From assembly GCF_032444005.1 (NCBI RefSeq), contig NC_091282.1, forward strand, positions 659,432,001 to 659,496,000: DNA of 64,000 nt, in the 5' to 3' direction. How positions within the stretch are numbered: the first letter of the stretch is position 1; each line of letters begins with the position of its first letter. This DNA is from Ranitomeya imitator. Taxonomy: Eukaryota. Made by a program: the position numbers and the translations under genes. This document shows, piece after piece, positions 60,151-64,000 of the stretch. The notes under the pieces are model-generated. The model was not told the DNA's origin and did not search any database. It saw only the letters and a list, made by a program, of their open reading frames with translations.

Positions 60151-62462
60151 ATGGGCAACGTCCTGGCTGTGTCACCCCCCGGAGGTTCCTGGTGGACGAG
60201 GCGGAGACGAGCAGCGCTGCCCAACCCTGGGAGCTTCGACGAGCTGCACAGGAGCTGTAAAGGTGAGGGCCCAGCCCGGGTTGTGGGGTCCGCCAACAGT
60301 ACAAGGCGCTCTGCCTAGATTATGGGGCTCTCCCTGTAGTACCGAGGGCTCTGCCTAGATTATGGGGCTCACACTGTAGTACCGAGGGCTCTGCCTAGAT
60401 TATGGGGCTCTCCCTGTACTACCGAGGGCTCTGCCTAGATTATGGGGCTCACACTGTAGTACCGAGGGCTCTGCCTAGATTATGGGGCTCACACTGTAGT
60501 ACCGAGGGCTCTGCCTAGATTATGGGGCTCACACTGTAGTACCGAGGGCTCTGCCTAGATTATGGGGCTCTCCCTGTACTACCGAGGGCTCTGCCTAGAT
60601 TATGGGGCTCACACTGTAGTACCGAGGGCTCTGCCTAGATTATGGGGCTCACACTGTAGTACTGAGGGCTCTGCCTAGATTATGGGGCTCACACTGTAGT
60701 ACCGAGGGCTCTGCCTAGATTATGGGGCTCTCACTGTACTACCGAGGGCTCTGCCTAGATTATGGGGCTCACACTGTAGTACTGAGGGCTCTGCCTAGAT
60801 TATTGGGGCTCACACTGTAGTACCGAGGGCTCTGCCTAGACTATGGGGCTCACTGTAGTACCGAGGGCTCTGCCTAGATTATGGGGCTCTCACTGTACTA
60901 CCGAGGGCTCTGCCTAGATTATTGGGCTCTCACTGTAGTACCGAGGGCTCTGCCTAGAATATGGGGTTCACACTGTACTACCGAGGGCTCTGCCTAGATT
61001 ATGGGGCTCACACTGTACTACCGAGGGCTCTGCCTAGATTATGGGGCTCACACTGTACTACCGAGGGCTCTGCCTAGATTATGGGGCTCACACTGTACTA
61101 CCGAGGGCTCCTGCCTAGATTATGGGGCTCACACTGTATTACCGAGGGCTCTGCCCAGATTATGGGGCTCACACTGTAGTACCGAGGGCTCTGCCCAGAT
61201 TATGGGGCTCACACTGTAGTACCGAGGGATCTGCGTAGGTTATGGGCGCTCTACCTGTGGTTCTTGGGGGCATTCTATATTGTATCAATAACTTTTCCTG
61301 TGGAAACGGGGGCTTAGCCTAGATTAAGGGGTCTGCCTATAGTACCAAGGGCTCTAATTGGCTCAATGGGTTCCTCCTGTGGTAGTGGGGGCTCTGTATG
61401 GCTCAGTAACGTCCCCTGTGTTAATCGGGGATCTGTATTACGGTCTCTCTTGCAGAGGTATTCCCGCAGCAGATGGAGGGGATGAAGCTCATCATCAACA
61501 AGACCCTCAGCAGTCACCTCCAGGTATCTGACACCTGACAACCTTCCAATAGACCTTGTGTCTCTCTCCTTCTCCATATTCAGGGTCTCTGCTTCCTGTC
61601 AGTATATGAGAACCGTCCAGATCTGATATATGCTTGTGCTTGTTGTGTCCCGTCCTCACTGTCACAGCTGGCAGAAGTTTACTCAGTCCTTCCTAATTAA
61701 CCCTCTCCTGCCCACAGGTCAGCCACCAGATACACATGAGCACCATTGGCCTCTCCAGTTATCACTTCAACGCCAAGTACATCGGAGATGCACTGGCCGG
61801 TGCCAGTGAGGTACGCCCCCCCCCCCTGCTCCTGGACCACCACTGTGCTGGCCAATCAGGAGGCTGCATTGTGTATTTATCTCCATGTTGATTTCCTCCT
61901 TCCAGACATTTCCTCTGCTGATCGGAGACCTGGACAACGCGGGGAGCCTCAATGCCCAGGCGGCCTGTCTGCTGGCCGAATGCATCCGCTCCAAGGCTGT
62001 GTTCCAGGTAGGCTGCAGGAACACACCCCCACCCAGCAGGCATCACACGGGGCTATGAAGCTGGTGACATTGTGGAATTTTCCTGCAGACACATCATTCC
62101 AAGTTCCTGACATGGCAGGTGGATGTGGAGTACAGGGGGGACGACTGTACAGGGACCCTGACCCTGGGGAATCCCGACATCCTCAACGAATCAGGTGTGT
62201 GGTCTGTGCATGGCCAATCAGAGCCTTGCGTCGTCACCCCCGTCCAATCCCATCATTGTGTACAGGTCAGTGGCCAGCAGGGGGTGGCGCTCAGTGTAAA
62301 TCTTGTGATGGCGTCTCCTCTCCCGTTTTGTGTACGCAGTGATCCTGGTGACGCACTTCCTGCAGAGCATCACTCCCCGTCTGGTCCTTGGCGGAGAACT
62401 TGTTTATCACCAACGGATGGCGGAGGAAGGGGCCATCCTGACTTTAGCAGGAAAATACTCCG
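60151..62462 (+). CDS. TOMM40L: Mitochondrial import receptor TOM40B, first 6 coding exons (3' part beyond the window)
   Basis: Exons 60151-60262 (MGNVLAV...[15 protein letters not shown]), 61456-61523 ([22 protein letters not shown]), 61718-61810, 61906-62007, 62089-62194 ([23 protein letters not shown]) and 62340-62462 ([31 protein letters not shown]). All GT-AG and in phase. The short N-terminus and GSFDELHR motif fit TOMM40L rather than TOMM40. Confidence 0.9.
60310..61240. repeat. 40-bp minisatellite in a TOMM40L intron
   Basis: CTAGATTATGGGGCTCACACTGTAGTACCGAGGGCTCTGC tandem. Confidence 0.95.
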
Positions 62463-62589
62463 GTACGGGGACACGTGAGGTTTGCGTATGTCTCGTGCTC
62501 CGCTCACATCCAAAGCTGCAGCCACAGATCTTCTGGTCTCAAAATGCAAGAGATTACATCTTTCTGCCACTATGAAAACTATTTATATA

Positions 62590-63497
62590 CAGTGGGGGGA
62601 AAAAGTATTTAGTCAGTTACCAATTGTGCAAGTTCTCCCACTTAAAAAGATGAGAGAGTTCTGTAATTGACATCACAGGTAGACCACAACTATGAGAGTC
62701 CAAATGAGAAAACAAATCCAGAATATCACCTTGTCTGATTTGGCAAGATTTATTTTGCAAATTATGGTGGATAATAAGTATTTGGTCATTAACAAAAGTT
62801 CATCTCCATATTTTGTTATATATCCTTTGTTGGCAATGACAGAGGTCAAACGTTTTCTGTAAGTCTTCACAAGGTTGCCACACACTGTTGTTGGTATGTT
62901 GGCCCATTCCTCCATGCAGATCTCCTCTAGAGCAGTGATGTTTTTGGCTTTTCGCTTGGCAACACGGACTTTCAACTCCCTCCAAAGGTTTTCTATAGGG
63001 TTGAGATCTGGAGACGCTAGGCCACTCCAGGATCTTCATATGCTCCTTACGAAGCCACTCCTTCGTTGCCCTGGCGGTGTGCTTGGGATCATTATCACGC
63101 TGAAAGACCCAGCCACGTTTCATCTTCAATGCCCTTGCTGATGGAAGGAGGTTTGCACTCAGAATCTCACAATACATGGCCCTGGATCTGAGTCCCTGGC
63201 GGCGTATTATGTTACTGATGGTAGCCTTTGTTATGGTGGTCCCAGCTCTATGCAGGTCATTCATTAGGTCCCGCATGTGGTTCTTTGATTTTTGCTCACT
63301 GTTCTTGTGATCATTTCGACCCCACGGGGTGAGATCTTGCGTGAAGCCCCAGATTGAGGGTGATTCAGTGGTCTTGTATGTCTTCCATTTTTTTTATTCT
63401 TGCTCCCACAGTTGACTTCATCACACCAAGCTGCTTGCCTATTGCAGATTCAGTGTTTCCAGCCTCGTGCAGGGCTACAATTTTGTTTCTGGTGTCC
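62590..63497 (-). mobile_element. Degraded Tc1 element interrupted by an L1 insertion
   Basis: TA|CAGTGGGGGGAAAAAGTATTTAGTCAG TIR; transposase remnant (QRDNDPKH, ITKY) with deletions; breaks off at GGTGTCCTT. Confidence 0.85.
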
Positions 63498-64000
63498 TTT
63501 TTTTTTTTTTTTTTCTCCAACAATAAATTTTTATTGAAAATTTTACGAGTTACATATGGTGCATTAATAAGTATCATTACAAAGCTGTAAATATAACATA
63601 TGCATAAATGCATGTAAATGAGTAGTATGCAATCCTATATACTAACAACAATGGGGGGTAGGGGGAGGAGGGAGTAAGAAAAGAAGGGGGGAAAGTAAAA
63701 AAGGGGGGGGGGGGGAGGAGGAAGGGGAGCCCGGGGGTAAAATCACTTTGTGCGTGATAATTGCGGAAAGTCATTCTGAGTCCGATGGTTCAGTGTTAGT
63801 TAAGTAAAATGTAGGTACGGCAAAGGGAGTGTAATTAGTATATTCCACCCAGGGAAGCCATACTTTCTCAAATTTACCCACTTTGTCCATAAGAATAGCC
63901 GACAGTTTTTCATTAACCATGTACCAGGAGAGGCGTGTTTTAACTGCGGAGAAGTTTATAGTTGGATTTTTCCAAGCCAGAGCTATAGTTTGCTTGGTTG
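63498..64000 (-). mobile_element. 3' end of an L1-type LINE (ORF2 C-terminus, 3' UTR, poly-A)
   Basis: Minus-strand open frame to TGA at 63773-63771 (TKQTIALAWK...EKL...KFEKVWLPW), pyrimidine-rich UTR, AATAAA, and a poly-A tail seen as the T run at about 63498-63514. Confidence 0.8.

Overview
Eukaryotic genomic DNA from a vertebrate, most likely an anuran (inferred from the Xenopus-like osteocalcin and frog-type repeats). I reconstructed five intron-containing genes by hand, with GT-AG junctions and consistent phases: PAQR6 (+, 7 coding exons, 341 aa), BGLAP/osteocalcin (-, 4 exons, 99-100 aa), PMF1 (-, 5 exons, 205 aa), SLC25A44 (-, 3 coding exons, 313 aa) and TOMM40L (+, first 6 coding exons; the rest lies beyond the window). 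PAQR6-BGLAP-PMF1-SLC25A44 matches the human 1q22 block. TOMM40L is head-to-head with SLC25A44 across a short promoter. Most of the window is repeat DNA: about ten Tc1/mariner copies or fragments (one with an intact 340-aa DD34E transposase in BGLAP intron 2), a full-length but dead 9.4-kb hAT element with perfect TIRs and TSD nested in a Tc1, hAT and PIF/Harbinger MITEs, a solo LTR, L2 and L1 fragments, and many intron-filling minisatellites. The least explained signals are inside the hAT element: two diverged copies of a long hairpin that both keep their pairing, and a frame-conserved second copy of a transposase N-terminal segment near the right end. Also notable are a roughly phased five-CCAAT array in PMF1 intron 1, a motif set shared by two promoters, and a three-level higher-order satellite. 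I cannot claim that any of these is a confirmed new system. No CRISPR, rRNA or tRNA was found.
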